A program made the position numbers and the translations under genes. The notes beneath the pieces are model-generated. The model had not been told where the DNA came from, ran no database searches, and was given only the letters and a program-made list of their open reading frames with translations. Positions 1 to 12,293 of a stretch of 64,000 bases of DNA are shown here, in pieces; the stretch's first letter is position 1; every line of letters starts with the position of its first letter. Origin of the DNA: Savitreella phatthalungensis (Eukaryota); contig AP039714.1 of the NCBI GenBank assembly GCA_051599415.1, positions 62,001-126,000 on the forward strand. The letters run 5' to 3'.

Positions 1-3000
1 TTTCTTCCTATATTTCCCCGGCCATGCATATATATACTGTAGCGTGTGTAAGCACATATGTGCATCGAACAAGTAATAATAACTAACAAGCTGAAGATAT
101 CTGTCTGTCTGATCGAGTAACTGACAACAGGAATCAAAAACCGATTGAGCACCTGCATTCAAGCTCGGTGATCGGCGCATACCGGAACAATTTGAATTCA
201 ATTCTCCAAATATACCGAATGATATTAGTGTTGAGACGCAGACTGGTATAAATTCATTATGATTATGTTGTGCATGCATGGTGAGCAAATGTCACGCAAT
301 AGATTTTGTGAATGGCACCTAATTGAACTAATAGATTTTTATTCAATATTGAATAAATAGGATAAATTGATCAGAAACTGATCGAGTCAATGAACCGCGG
401 CATTGATTCAATCAACCAACTCTCTACTGACGATGAAATTTGCATGTGTCACTGACATGTGCGTGCTTACTCACAGTACGTATACTCTTTGATCAGCAGC
501 TAGAGACAGTAAAATATTCGAAGGGCTCAGTAAAGACAGCACGTGATTGAGGCAATAGAACCTCATCACATCTTCCAATTGCCTGTATACAAGAGGCGTC
601 TGTCAGAGTCCGCACTGCTAGTCATGCTCGAGGGGAGAACAGAATCATCGACCTCACAAACGCTCAGAGCACCTCGGAGACGATCAATCAATTGTATGAC
701 TCAAGAACATCCTCTTTTACCTATGATTGAATGTGCGCACTCAACCATTATACTCCATCCTGGTCCTCCTGGATTTTCTAAGATCCATCGAGCCATGTCA
801 GTTGCCTCATGAACGCAGACATTCACTCCTGGCTGATTGTCTAGTCACCAAATAATTGTGTCAGCGGCTTAGATGAGTTCCCGCAAAATACATAGTCCGA
901 ACTCAATCGAAGTCTCTTGTGTCCTTCTCGTTTGAGACAAGGCTCGTTGAAGTAAATGGCAGATCAAATACAGCTTGACTGAGTAGATGGTGCATCTCCC
1001 GAAATAGCACCTATTGACACACTCGAGACTCAGCCATTATCGGAGAATGTACATTCGTCACCGAAAGCAATCAACCAACCTGTTATACGATAATCATCAT
1101 CAATCACTCTAAACACACAGCAAGCGAGCGAGCGAGACGTCATCTTGGGACCACAGCGCATCGGAGAAAAAGACAAACACAGCGAGACACGGTTGTTCGA
1201 GATGTCTGTCCTCGTTCAAACGCATATGTCTCAATTGATGCCTGATCGAGCATCTTCACCCGTTGGACCCGATGCACTAGAAATTCGCTGGCGCGTCACT
1301 CAAATACCGGTATGGGCCTCCGCACTGACACATAGTAATGTCGAGAGACATCTCTACTTATGTGCGCTGCCGATGATGCTAGCGGACGTGTACGGCATCA
1401 GGAGCCTTTTTCCCCGGATCCTGATGTCTGGTCCGCAAGAAGGTAACAGAGAGACCAAGGCGGTGGATGGGTGAGACCTCCCGCTTGCTAATCGCACCTC
1501 GAGCATCATCGCTCGGCAGGCCTTTGTTGCAAGACAATGCATTGCCAGTGTATCCAAGCTCCACCCTCTGCAGCAGTCTACGCTCGGATACCGTCCTCAG
1601 TCAACTGGAGGTTTTCTTCCTTCCCAGCTTATTCTGTTTTAAAGTTCTGAATGTGGACTCGGTCGAATTCGATCGCAAATGCACAAAGTCTGGCCGATTG
1701 CGGTGTATTTTCCCGCGGAACGGCTTCTCAGCCAATCAGAGTCAAATTCAAATCGCCGCTCGCGTCGACTAGCGAGCGGAGGAGGTATGTGCGCGGTCGA
1801 CCCACTTGCCGGACATCCTCAAAGGGGAAGTGGTAACCGAGACAAGGTCAAGTCGACCTGTCTTGACGCGTTTGAACTGGAAGACTATGTTTCTCAGAAC
1901 CGGAATGACCTCAGTCGATGGAGGGTGCGCTTGAATCGGTAACAGACCAACGATCGAGCCAGGCGGATGTCCACATTACCGGGTCGAAACACAAACCCCT
2001 GTTGTCCATCCCCGGGCGAGAAATGCCTCTGGTGCTCGAAGAGATCTGATCTTCGGACTCGCTTGGGTAAGCGACGAACATGGAATCGGTAGCGGAGGTC
2101 TTGTCTCTGTTTCTGAGTGACAATGACGGATCGCCTGAAGAGAGAGACAACATGCTCGATTCGAGGGTCTTGTCTCTGCTCAGACATTGCGTCAGCACTC
2201 CCAAAATGATCTCTGCCCGACACAAAGTCTAGATGCAGACGACCGGACACATTCGATACGCGGAGACCGATGGACACCCAACGCTGATGCATCTGCTCGC
2301 CTGAGCATGATCTTTGCAGTAGCGACGACCGCCTTCGTCCTTTTGTCGGCAATGCACCTTTATGCACATAATGCTTAAAAGAAAGGGATCGCCTATGCGC
2401 GTTTGGCCGCGCCATACCCCTGCAATCTTCGTTACCGGAATGCAAGGTGTACGGCACAGCGCTCGAGTTCGCTTGACTGTGCATCCGGGTAATCAAAGAA
2501 TGTGCCGAGCTATCGAGATGTGTGGGGGCACCCCGATGCCAGTCACGGAGGATTTGATATTGCTCCTGTAATTGACTGAAGCAAGCTCGATCCCAAGTAA
2601 GTGAATTAATTAGCTAGCTCGCTCGCTTGTGCGTATGGGCACTCCCTTGACAAGAGTCTCACGGTGACGTGCATCCTGCGATAAGGCTAGCAATCTCGAT
2701 TTCTGAATGGTTCATTTCTGGGTCTAGAAACTGTACAGAGCTCACCCACTCTGGTGATATGTCTCACATTTGACGGGTGACAAGCTTAATTTCCTACAGA
2801 GGCTCTTAGAGTTGACAAGAGAGTCTGATCAACTCTGACCTTCGATAGATTGCAAACTACCACAATCTAAATTGGTCAAAAGTTTATTACTCACACCACA
2901 GATCTCCTGCTCTCTCCCTGGTCAGGTTCTAGACTGGGCCACTTGTCAGACAAATCACCGGACACAGTGAACTTCCAGTTTCTTGGTCGAGCCGTCCCAG

Positions 3001-4996
3001 TACTTACAGTGTCTTTTGGGGTATGCCAGTCTACAATTCGTCCTATCATGTACAAAGGGAGGGCGGATGCCTGGCTGGCTGGCTCGCTCGCTCGCTCGCC
3101 TGCTAGTACTGACATTCGGCATGCCTGTGGAAGGCTGAAAGCATCGCCAGCATGAGACAGTGCAATCGGTACCGACGCGTCGGTCTATCAAGACATCCTT
3201 ACCCGCGCTGCCGTGCAAAATACAACAACCTCCATTAGCATTCGAGTTGACTGCTCACAAAGTTGGCTAGTAGTCTAGATCACCTCCCGTCTGGGTCTCC
3301 CAGCGAGACACCTGCAAACGACGTTCTATCGCAAGGAATGCGGATGGATCCTGACGTCAAGTGAGTCTGGAATTGGATCTCCTATACAGGCCAGCAAAGA
3401 CATGTCGTTTGATACTCACACGACGAAACAGATCATCCTCCGAATCTAGCGTCTCCCGTATACGAACCATCCTCGATTGTGTCTGCATCTAGCCTGCCGT
3501 CGTTGACAGTCCAGTCTAGCATCGTCTAGTCTCGTAAGAATCGGATGTCGAGGACCTGGAACAGATTCGAGATCCGTTGAAAATCCAGTAAGCTGCGAGC
3601 ACAGCACTCGATGTACATTTTGAATAGCATCCGTTCCTCAGACGTTAACAAGAAGTTTCACCACGGGCTCGCCTACAACCTGTGTTCACGTGTACATTCA
3701 CGTGCACATTCGAGTTCGTGATAGATTCTCGCCACCTCTCCCATTCGATATACGATTCACCGCTTCCTATACCATGCTGCTCTCGAGTCTTCCGCGCTAG
3801 ACTTCCTTGGCCGGCGACCTCTCCCACAAACATCGCCGAGCTGCAGACTGCAAGCTGCTCTCCCCAACCCGCGGTCTATTTCATTCTCCCACCCGCCGCC
3901 CCACTGCCGCTCCAATGCTCTATGTCTTGTGCCTTCGGTCGGCCCTGTGGGGTGGGTTGGAGACCGGGTCGGGTAGATTGACACGGCCGATGTGGCACCT
4001 TTGCAGATGGCCAGTCACCAATTTGAGCCTTTTCGTCGTCGTGCAGGTGTGCGTGTGCGCTGGGTCACCCGTTCTGGATACGCGTTTTGTTGCCGACCGA
4101 GGTAAGGATCTGCGGTCCACTAAAAAGATACAAAATTCCCCCACCAGCAGGTCCAATGCATCGGACCGTGGCCAAATCCAAATCCAGCGCTCGACCACCC
4201 ACGAGCGCGCGAGCGATCGGCAGAGACCTCTACCTGACGCGTGGGGACGCGGTCGGGTATCGCGTGGCTCTCCAACCGCGAATGCCGAGACCGGCTAGAG
4301 GACCGTTTTCACGTGAGTCATGTGCACTAGTTGTAGATCACACACAGATGCAGATGCAGGACCAGCCGGCTGCAGTGACCGCCGTCCTCCACCAACATCA
4401 CAGACGCTGTGTTCATAGACCGAGCGAGTGCAGATGGCTATGCAAAGTGATTCTGCTCGTGAACACGCGTGTCTGTGTAGATGAGGTGACGTGATGTGAT
4501 GTAGATGGATTGGTAGTGCGGAAGGCCGTGCGAGGAGGCGTTCGCTGATGGCGGGGGGGAGTGGACGCACGGATCGTCCGTGCGGGTCGAACCAGGCAGG
4601 GGTTCGGTCCGATGGAGTTGACTGAGCCACACTCAAGAGTCGATTCGGAACGCACTGACAATGTGCTAGAGACACCGCAGACAACGGCTCGCTCGGTCCT
4701 GACGTCGACCTACATCGCTGATAGGTGATAGGGCAGAGACAGCGGTCCAGCACTCTCTTACAGGATGCGAGCCCCTCAACGATACACGAACACGTCCAGG
4801 GTCTCGAAGCTTGAGTAGGATGAACTAGAGATACAATTTTTGTTCCTAAAATTTTGGAGGGTGGTCATGTCGGCTGTACTGCTTAGGTACGTAGTCGTGA
4901 AGAGAAACTATGGACGTATGTAAATGATTGGCGAAGTTGTGGTATGTCGTTCATTGCATCTTGAAATTTCAGTGTGCGGAAAGGTGGTTTTCATCA

Positions 4997-6370
4997 TTAG
5001 AAGCTGCCACGGTAGGCGGCCGCAAGTTGCGGAGGTGGGTGCTGCTGCATCAGCAACATGGCTTTGGCCGCGTGCTTGTCGAGCGGCATGCCGAAGCAGG
5101 GCTGTTGCCATTCGCCAGCAATCATTGGAGGCTGGTCGAGCATCTCCCGCTGCTCGTACGACGAGGTCGACTCGTGCGAGGAGATGGATGAACAGCTGTC
5201 GTACGGCGCTGCCACGTGGTGGGTCGGTGCAGTGGCGGGGTTGAGGTGGTAGTGTGGTGCAGGGTGGAGCGGAGACATGGGTGTCGGCGGCGGTTGCATC
5301 GTTGCGTGCTTTGTCTTGTAGAAAGCTGCGCGGCCTGTGGATGGTGTACAAGGTGTGGCAGGTGCATGTCTTGCAGCTGGACGCAGTGTCTGCGCCAGGA
5401 CCGGCGGTGGTGTCTGTGGGCGAATGGCCTCGACCATCGAGACATCGCACATGTCCTGCTCCTGTGCTTGCTGCTGTTGTGCCTGTGCGAGAGTCTCCTC
5501 CTCGTACTCCTCTGAACGGGTGAATCGCGGGCAGTGGAGGATCAGGTGTCGGAGTTCTGCGAGGGAGATGCGCTTTGCAGGGTCAAGCTGGAAGATGCGC
5601 TTGAGCACGTAATTGAGCTCGTCGCTGAGAGGCAGGATAGTCGGCAGGAAGTCTGGATTGCGGACAAATGCGCGGAAGGTCTCGTCCTGCGATACACTTG
5701 CGCGCTTCCATGGATTCCGTCCACAAGTGAGGTTGACAAGCATGACTCCGAGCGACCAGATGTCGTTCGGGCCAGAGGCGTAGCACTGCGTCCGTCTCGG
5801 TGGTGTGGACTGGCACTCTGGTGACATGTAGAATGTCGAGCCACAGCCAAAGTCTGCGGTGAAGTTGTCTGTCGTTGCGAGTCCAAAGTCTGCAAGCTTG
5901 ACCGTGCGACCGCCATCGCAGACGAGCACGTTCTCGGGCTTGAGATCGCGGTGGTAGATACCCTGTCGGTGGCAGAAGTCGACTGCATCGATCATCTGAA
6001 GGAAGACCGAGCGTGCCATGTCGTCGTCGCCGACGTAGCCTCCCTGGTCAGTGATGACGCTGAAGAGGTCGCCCTCAGGACAGTACTCCATGACGACGTA
6101 GACGCAGTCTGGTGCGTCCAGGATTTCGATCAGCGAGACGACGTTCGGGTGTGCCTGTGCTCTTGCATGAAGGGCAATCTCACGTGCTTGAAACTTCTTC
6201 TGCCGTGAGTCGAGGCCGACCTTGTTGAGCGCCTTGACTGCATAGGTCTTATTTGTGTCGATATCTACTGCTGTGTAGACGACTCCATAGGCGCCGACGC
6301 CGAGGATGTCTGTGAGCTCGAGGTGGTTGTCGAGCAGGTGGCCGAGCCGTGCTTCTGGTGCGTCGCACAT
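4997..6370 (-). CDS. pat1: Ran1/Pat1-family Ser/Thr protein kinase (negative regulator of sexual development/meiosis; SKS1/VHS1-like)
   Basis: 457 aa. Kinase motifs LGVGAYGVVY, YAVKAL, HRDLKPEN, LADFGLAT, DFGCGSTFYMSPEC, DIWSLG, LTCGRNPW. QAREIALHAR and GRNPWKRA are typical of Ran1/Pat1. Low-complexity Q/P/H tail. Confidence 0.93.
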   Translation of the reverse strand: MCDAPEARLGHLLDNHLELTDILGVGAYGVVYTAVDIDTNKTYAVKALNKVGLDSRQKKFQAREIALHARAQAHPNVVSLIEILDAPDCVYVVMEYCPEGDLFSVITDQGGYVGDDDMARSVFLQMIDAVDFCHRQGIYHRDLKPENVLVCDGGRTVKLADFGLATTDNFTADFGCGSTFYMSPECQSTPPRRTQCYASGPNDIWSLGVMLVNLTCGRNPWKRASVSQDETFRAFVRNPDFLPTILPLSDELNYVLKRIFQLDPAKRISLAELRHLILHCPRFTRSEEYEEETLAQAQQQQAQEQDMCDVSMVEAIRPQTPPPVLAQTLRPAARHAPATPCTPSTGRAAFYKTKHATMQPPPTPMSPLHPAPHYHLNPATAPTHHVAAPYDSCSSISSHESTSSYEQREMLDQPPMIAGEWQQPCFGMPLDKHAAKAMLLMQQHPPPQLAAAYRGSF

Positions 6371-6578
6371 GATGTATAGATGGGGGAGATTAGAAGAAGG
6401 GCGGCTTAGACTTTTTAAGTCTTGTGGCTCGAGACCCCTGAGTTGATGGGAGGAGGGTGGTGAAGGAGGGGTGGAGAGGGAAAGTCGCTGATGGTAGGGA
6501 CTGTCGCGCGCTCACACTCTTTTCGATATCCTTTTCTCCACTGCTGAATTCAAGCTAGAGCTCCTTCGTATCGTTGAC

Positions 6579-6825
6579 CTGTAGAGCAGTTGTACAGTGA
6601 GGTGACCTAAGGACTCCTTTAGTTCGATTTTTTCTGTTGATCGAATGTCGCGCTAGGAGTTTCACTAGACAAACCTTAAGAGATCCTTTACCTCAGAAGA
6701 TGTTCTGTCGAAAGGATGATGATGAATAGTGAAGGGATGGTGACCGGTGAAGATGCGCCGATCGTGACTTAGGGTGTCGAATAGAGGATGTTTGGCGGAT
6801 GGGGAGGTTCTTGTATATGACTTAC
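6579..6825 (-). other. Candidate 5'UTR intron of pat1
   Basis: Minus-strand GTAAGT donor at 6825 and CTGCTCTACAG|G acceptor at 6579. Branch site is weak (CTCAC). Lies in an ATG-free leader. Confidence 0.35.
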
Positions 6826-7192
6826 AGAACCGTGTTTGAACAGCTCACTCGACAGTTTGCGAGTGAGTGAGCGCGAACGTTTGTTGGTGTACGGATACGC
6901 TGTGCTGCGCTACGTAGTAAGAGCAAGAGCAGAGAGAGACGGACAGATGAGCGCAATCGAGAAAGACAGAGAGAGTAAGTGAAGCGTTCGAGTTCGTAAA
7001 GTCACTCACTCAGCTAGCTTTTAGACCTTTTAGACTTGAATTCCTTCTCTCACCCCTTACCGAGTTCCTGGGTTTTCTCTGGGCGCAGGTGGAGTGGTGG
7101 TTGTGTTGGCACTGTTGGAGAGAGTTTACTTTGGATGTCTTGTCTTTCCTCTCCTGGCTATCTACACCGGCTGATCCTCCCGTTTTTTTTTT

Positions 7193-7272
7193 CATCCTCA
7201 TCCTCATCCTCATCCTCTTGGCTATGGCTTATGGCTTATGGCTTGGGCTTAGGCTTGAGGGCTTGGGCTTAG
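7193..7272. repeat. Short tandem repeats: (CATCCT)x4 followed by GGCTT-based repeats
   Basis: catcctcatcctcatcctcatcct, then ggctatggcttatggcttatggcttgggcttaggcttgagggcttgggcttag. Confidence 0.85.
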
Positions 7273-8423
7273 TGAGTGAGTTGAGTAAATTCTGGCGTGT
7301 TTTCAGTGAACTAGATTCAGGTGATTTGAGTAAGGTGTTTGTTCAGAACGGCAGACTGGAAACGAGGTACAACAAATACAGAATCTCCGTTGCGTAATTT
7401 ACGAGCATATTAAAAAGTCCAATTCTTGACTTGACCTTGTTTACATTCATAAAATATACTTCTCCTTGGCTTGCTTGGCTATCTTTCTTGACCTTTTTTT
7501 CATCTGTGCTTGTATAGATTGATGGAAATTCTGAAACTCCTCCTACGCCTCTCTGACCCCCCTTGATTGGAGTGAACATGAGTGGAAGGGTGAAATTCAG
7601 TAAATTGATCTATTTACCATGCATCTTCGTATTTTCACCTCCATCTTCTAGCAAGATGACGCGCTTCCACATGGATTTCAAAGGGCTGAGCTATTGACTC
7701 ACTTTTGGCAGCCGACAGACATTCCATTTCGACACGGTCTAGCTTGATCGACGAGAATTGTACGGCATTTGAATAGAAAAGCCACAGTCTGTGATGTATG
7801 AAAAGGTAGGCGCATCGTTTCAGTGACTCAGACGGGCACCGCAAGCACTCGACATAGTGTACAGGGTCAAAAGTGGCGCCTCCTGGATTGCCGAGCCATA
7901 TCGTCACTCGACACATGCTCCTCTCTCTCTCTGTCAATCCGTTCGAGGCTTGCTTGAATTTCTAGGCACATGGTCCAGCTGATGCTCCCCTCTGAGATAG
8001 TGTTCCACAGAACCATCAGAGTGAAACATACGAGTTTCACCCCTCCTTTCTGATGGGTGAACTTCCTAAATCCAGCGACAATAATCTTCCTCGTCAGGCA
8101 ATCCAACAATCGAGATCGACCTCGATCTTTCCTCCTTCAAATTCCTCCTCTTCCTATCTCCCCCCTCCTCTTGGCCCGTTGCAAAGAGAGAGAGATCTTG
8201 AGCCATTCTACCCGCAACCGGCAATTCTACAGAGAGCGCTCTCGCTCTCTCTGCCTCTCTCTGTCTTTGCCTCTCTCTCTAGTCTTTCCCCTTGGCTGCC
8301 ATGTATCAACCGTCACCACTGCGCCTAGAAGATCGCCATGGTTCAATGACGAGTTCGGATTTTTGGGAGTGAATGACGACTCCCCCCTGCCAATCCTTCC
8401 CTCAATACTCTATCCAAAAAAAA

Positions 8424-8481
8424 CCACGAGTGAATCCACGAGTGAATCCACGAGTCAATCCACGAGTCAATCCACGAGTCA
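8424..8481. repeat. 12-bp minisatellite CCACGAGT(G/C)AAT, about 4.8 copies
   Basis: Read directly: two GAAT copies, two CAAT copies, one partial copy. Confidence 0.95.
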
Positions 8482-11400
8482 GGCTTTAGGCCAGAAACAA
8501 CAGACCATCCCCTGCCCTGCCGTCCCCCGCCCTGCATCCACGAGGTTGCCCAATTCTGTAATTCTAACAACTCTCTCACACACACTCTCTCTTTTGTCTT
8601 GCTTTCACTCTCATCGTTCAGGCCTCCAAAAAGCGCCTTCTGCTGCACCATCGTCACTCTCGCAACCGCCCAGCCAACAATCCATCGTCATTCACATCAT
8701 CCAACCCGATTTGACAGCATAGAGGAATTTCCACTTTTTCCCCAGATCCAGCTAGAATCTACGCCATCTGCCAACACACACACACACACCAATAATTAGC
8801 TGTCAACCACTCTAGACCGACACGACAAAGCCGATCGATCGGATCCACAACTCTGGAATCCTGGGGTTGCATCGCATGACTTGTCGCGATGGACAGAACG
8901 CGTCTAGGCCTTTATGACACATACACCTGTCAAACTCACGCGCATCATACACAAAGAAAAGACTCGGAGTCCTCTCCTTCTCGCATGTCGCGTGTCCACG
9001 TGGTTGTCAAAATCTACGGCATATCTCCGAACGCTAGCGTGTCTGCCCACCTCTCCCTCTGCCTTCATCTGTTCTCTACCTGTCTCTCTGTCTTCCTCAC
9101 TTCTGTATCATCTTCCTTGCACGCACATACTCGGTTCGCGCGACTCGTTGTCAAATCGGTCTGCATACGAACGTAGAGGTGAAAATCCGAATTCTCCGGC
9201 CGAGGCATACGCGCAGGCCTTCGTCTACCCATGTAATCTTGATTGCACTCGTGCATAGGCTCTCCTGCATTGTTACAGGATACCAAACGACGTTTAAAAT
9301 TTCGATCGCGCTTATGCACGATCTTGACGGCTATGCAGTCAATCGGCTGTTTTTGACGAACCGGATACCAAACCTTCGGACATCAGTCCGTGCACACTAA
9401 GCGACAGTGATATATCCACCAAAACCTTCTGTTGACTGTCGAAAGCACGATCGACCAGGGGGAACGACTCCTGCGCACAGTCCTGCTCCTGAACACAATC
9501 AGCAACACAGACGGTCAGTCATGGACGGGATGTGGTAAAAGTCCGATTGTGGAGATTAGAGCAAGACCGTACCCACGGGTGCCGCTTACGAGGACGAATC
9601 TAATGCGTGCAGGCAATATCATTTCACCAACACCATCCATTTCGACACGATCCTTAGTCCTGAATGAAAACGTCTTAGTCGAGTATCTCGTTAATCTACA
9701 TGGACAATACCTCAGGCTGAGGCTAGCTGGATTTCAGATCCCGTGATAGTTTCCGCAGCCGTCAATCCAACTTGAATTTGTCTCTCGGTAGATTGGGTCG
9801 ATCGAAGCGAAGTTGGGCTCGCTTGGGAGCTGACCAATCATTGAGTAGATGGAATTGAATTCCTGATCCGACCGAAAGATGAACAGGGTGAATTTAAGCC
9901 ACTTCCGCTTCATCTCACTACGTTGCCCCAAAGCCCGTCATGGGACCAATGCTGAAATCTCGCCTAGCGCAAGGACGGCAAACTACCTTCTCGAGACGAA
10001 GAAGGGAGCTTGCACACTAGCGACATCTCGACAGAAGCGGTGTGTATATTGACGACAAGGACAATCCAGCCAGGAGAAAACCGAGATGCCCAAAATCTCC
10101 AGGCTGCTCATCAACACAATCTCCAGGCGACAATGGGTTCTACATCACTAGAACAACCGGTTAGTTTGTATTCGTCGTGTTCGCGAAATGGTGAGTTAAT
10201 CGCTTTCATCTCTGCCATGGAGCAATTCATAGGCTTGTCGATTGCGCTAGTGCAGCGTTATCCGTTGCGCTCCGCTGCACCAGCCCGGTTCGTCTTCATC
10301 TCCAGCAGGATAGAATCTCCTCAAAGTCTTCATCTCCAAAGGTCTTCAATTTCCTGAAGTTAAAACAAACACATGTCTCCTCCAATTAAGTGAATAGACC
10401 ACACAACTAATCGGAAAATTGCTCAAATGTCCGATAAATAGAAGCTGGGAACGGTGTAAACATAATCCAGACATTCAAAGTCAATCAAATCATGATTAAT
10501 ATGGGATTTGTGGAGAGGGAATCACAGTTTCGCCCTTGAGAGATACCCGTCACCGTAGTTTATAGACATACTGTAATCCTGAGATGATGCAGGCGGACGT
10601 CATACTCCGAAGAAACATGGAATGAGAGCGCAAGCGCACGGCACGATTGAATACCTTTCTTTGGGCCTGCAAGCGCTTAGGATCGGAGCATACAATGAAT
10701 CCTTCGATCGATGTGGATCTGGCTGATGGACGAAGAAGCTAGCGACACCCGATCGCAATCTCTATCCCTTCTCCCTGCCCCCTCCCGACAATGTCCCCAA
10801 CGTCCACCGTGCACCTGCCCAATCACTTACCCTGATTAGCCTTAACTTTGCGATGACGAAGGTATGGTAGCGACCAACCAGCCAATTCTACAAAGCGTGG
10901 GGTAACGAGATCCATCCGATCGGCTCCCTCTTGGCGCCCCTCTGTGCGTTTGTTGCATGCGCGTCCGTCCCGTCAAAATCCATGGGCTCTAGCGCTGTCC
11001 AATCCGAGCTTTGTCCCCAACACCGTGCTATTGGTAGCCTCTTGTATTTTCCCCCCAGGATCGAGATCTCGATCCGCGTAGCTCGTCGAAGATGAACCGA
11101 TTCCTCAATCGTTCCGCATCATGTGCGCCGCCCCAGCTAGCTAATCCCGCCCGCACCAAAAGGCACGTCTTGTCGTCATAAGTCGTCACCTCCGGCCCCG
11201 TCCAAATCATTAAGACTCCTCCTATTCATCTCAATCCCAATCTAAATCTCAATCCCAATATCTCGTACATTGACAAAAATCACATGACCTCACCAAAAGA
11301 TGTCACTGTGCATGACCCATCGATCCAGCCGTATGGAACCAAAAGTATCCGTGTCCAGGAGATCTCGTACCTAGTCACGCGCACGCACATACGTACACGA

Positions 11401-12242
11401 AACTAATCATGTTGTCACGCGCTTTCATTACCTTTCATCGCTCCTGTCTTGCTCGAGTCTTCATACATCCTCTGGACAACGAAATCTTCAACCATTGTCG
11501 ATAGATACCCGAGCTTTTCGCGTACTCTTGCACGCGTCACGATCTGAGCGATCGCGTGAAATGAACCCCTCGATAGTTCATTGTTGTTTGTCGTCATGTC
11601 AACAAACCCAGACAACGTTGTCTCTCGATCCGAACTACGTACTTCCCTTTAAGATATCATGACGTGACAGTCGCCGTGACTACAGAGTCGACGTGGCTGA
11701 GCATTGAATGCACGATTTGACTCACATCGGCGCTCACCCAATCAACGTTCATCCCATTGGTATCACTCACCATCGAAGACGGTCTAACAATTCGTGTATC
11801 CACACGGGCGGACCAGCGAGCGAAGTCTCATTCGACGCGTCTCTATAGCTCACGACTTTCGTCCGCGGCTTTTGTTTTCTCACAATCTAGCGGAGGTGAG
11901 AGTGAGTGGTGTGACTTTGATTTGGCGTTTTTTTCCCTGATGGATGCCGAGTTCGGCTAGATTCTAGACCAGACCAGGGTGCGCATACGATGATCGACCT
12001 AGATAGACGCCACGTCAGGGCCGCTGCGCGCGCGCAGTCACAGTGAAAGAACAAATGGGCTGCCGCGTGAGGTCAGTGGGGTCTGGAAAATTTGGGAGCA
12101 AGCAATCGATCGATCGTTCGATCGTACCTGCGTGGAAACACATCAAAAAGAAAAAATTTCATGCAAGATCGGCCAAGCAAGGGGTAATATAGTGCATATC
12201 CATTTTGCTCACCACACCTCCAACTAGACTGTTGAAGCCAAG

Positions 12243-12293
12243 ACGTCACGTCAGGGTGCGAAGTCACGAGTGACGCATGCGTCAGTGCCGTCA
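12243..12293. promoter_or_regulatory. Cluster of ATF/CREB-type TGACG/CGTCA half-sites
   Basis: Five half-sites in about 50 bp, including the perfect palindrome TGACGCATGCGTCA at 12271-12284. Confidence 0.4.

Noticed and set aside
1145..2571. Cluster of overlapping 60-200 aa ORFs, considered as a transposon or pseudogene relic
   Set aside because: No RT, integrase or transposase motifs, terminal repeats or consistent frame were seen.
6371..6511. 47-codon in-frame open extension upstream of pat1 containing LSTPPSP
   Set aside because: No ATG or strong near-cognate start. The C/T-rich leader explains both the lack of stops and the Pro/Ser content.
8424..8481. Repeat considered as CRISPR-like
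   Set aside because: Head-to-tail 12-mers with no spacers, in a eukaryotic context.
8057..8722. 221-aa ORF
   Set aside because: Non-ATG start, and low complexity derived from CT-rich sequence and the minisatellite.
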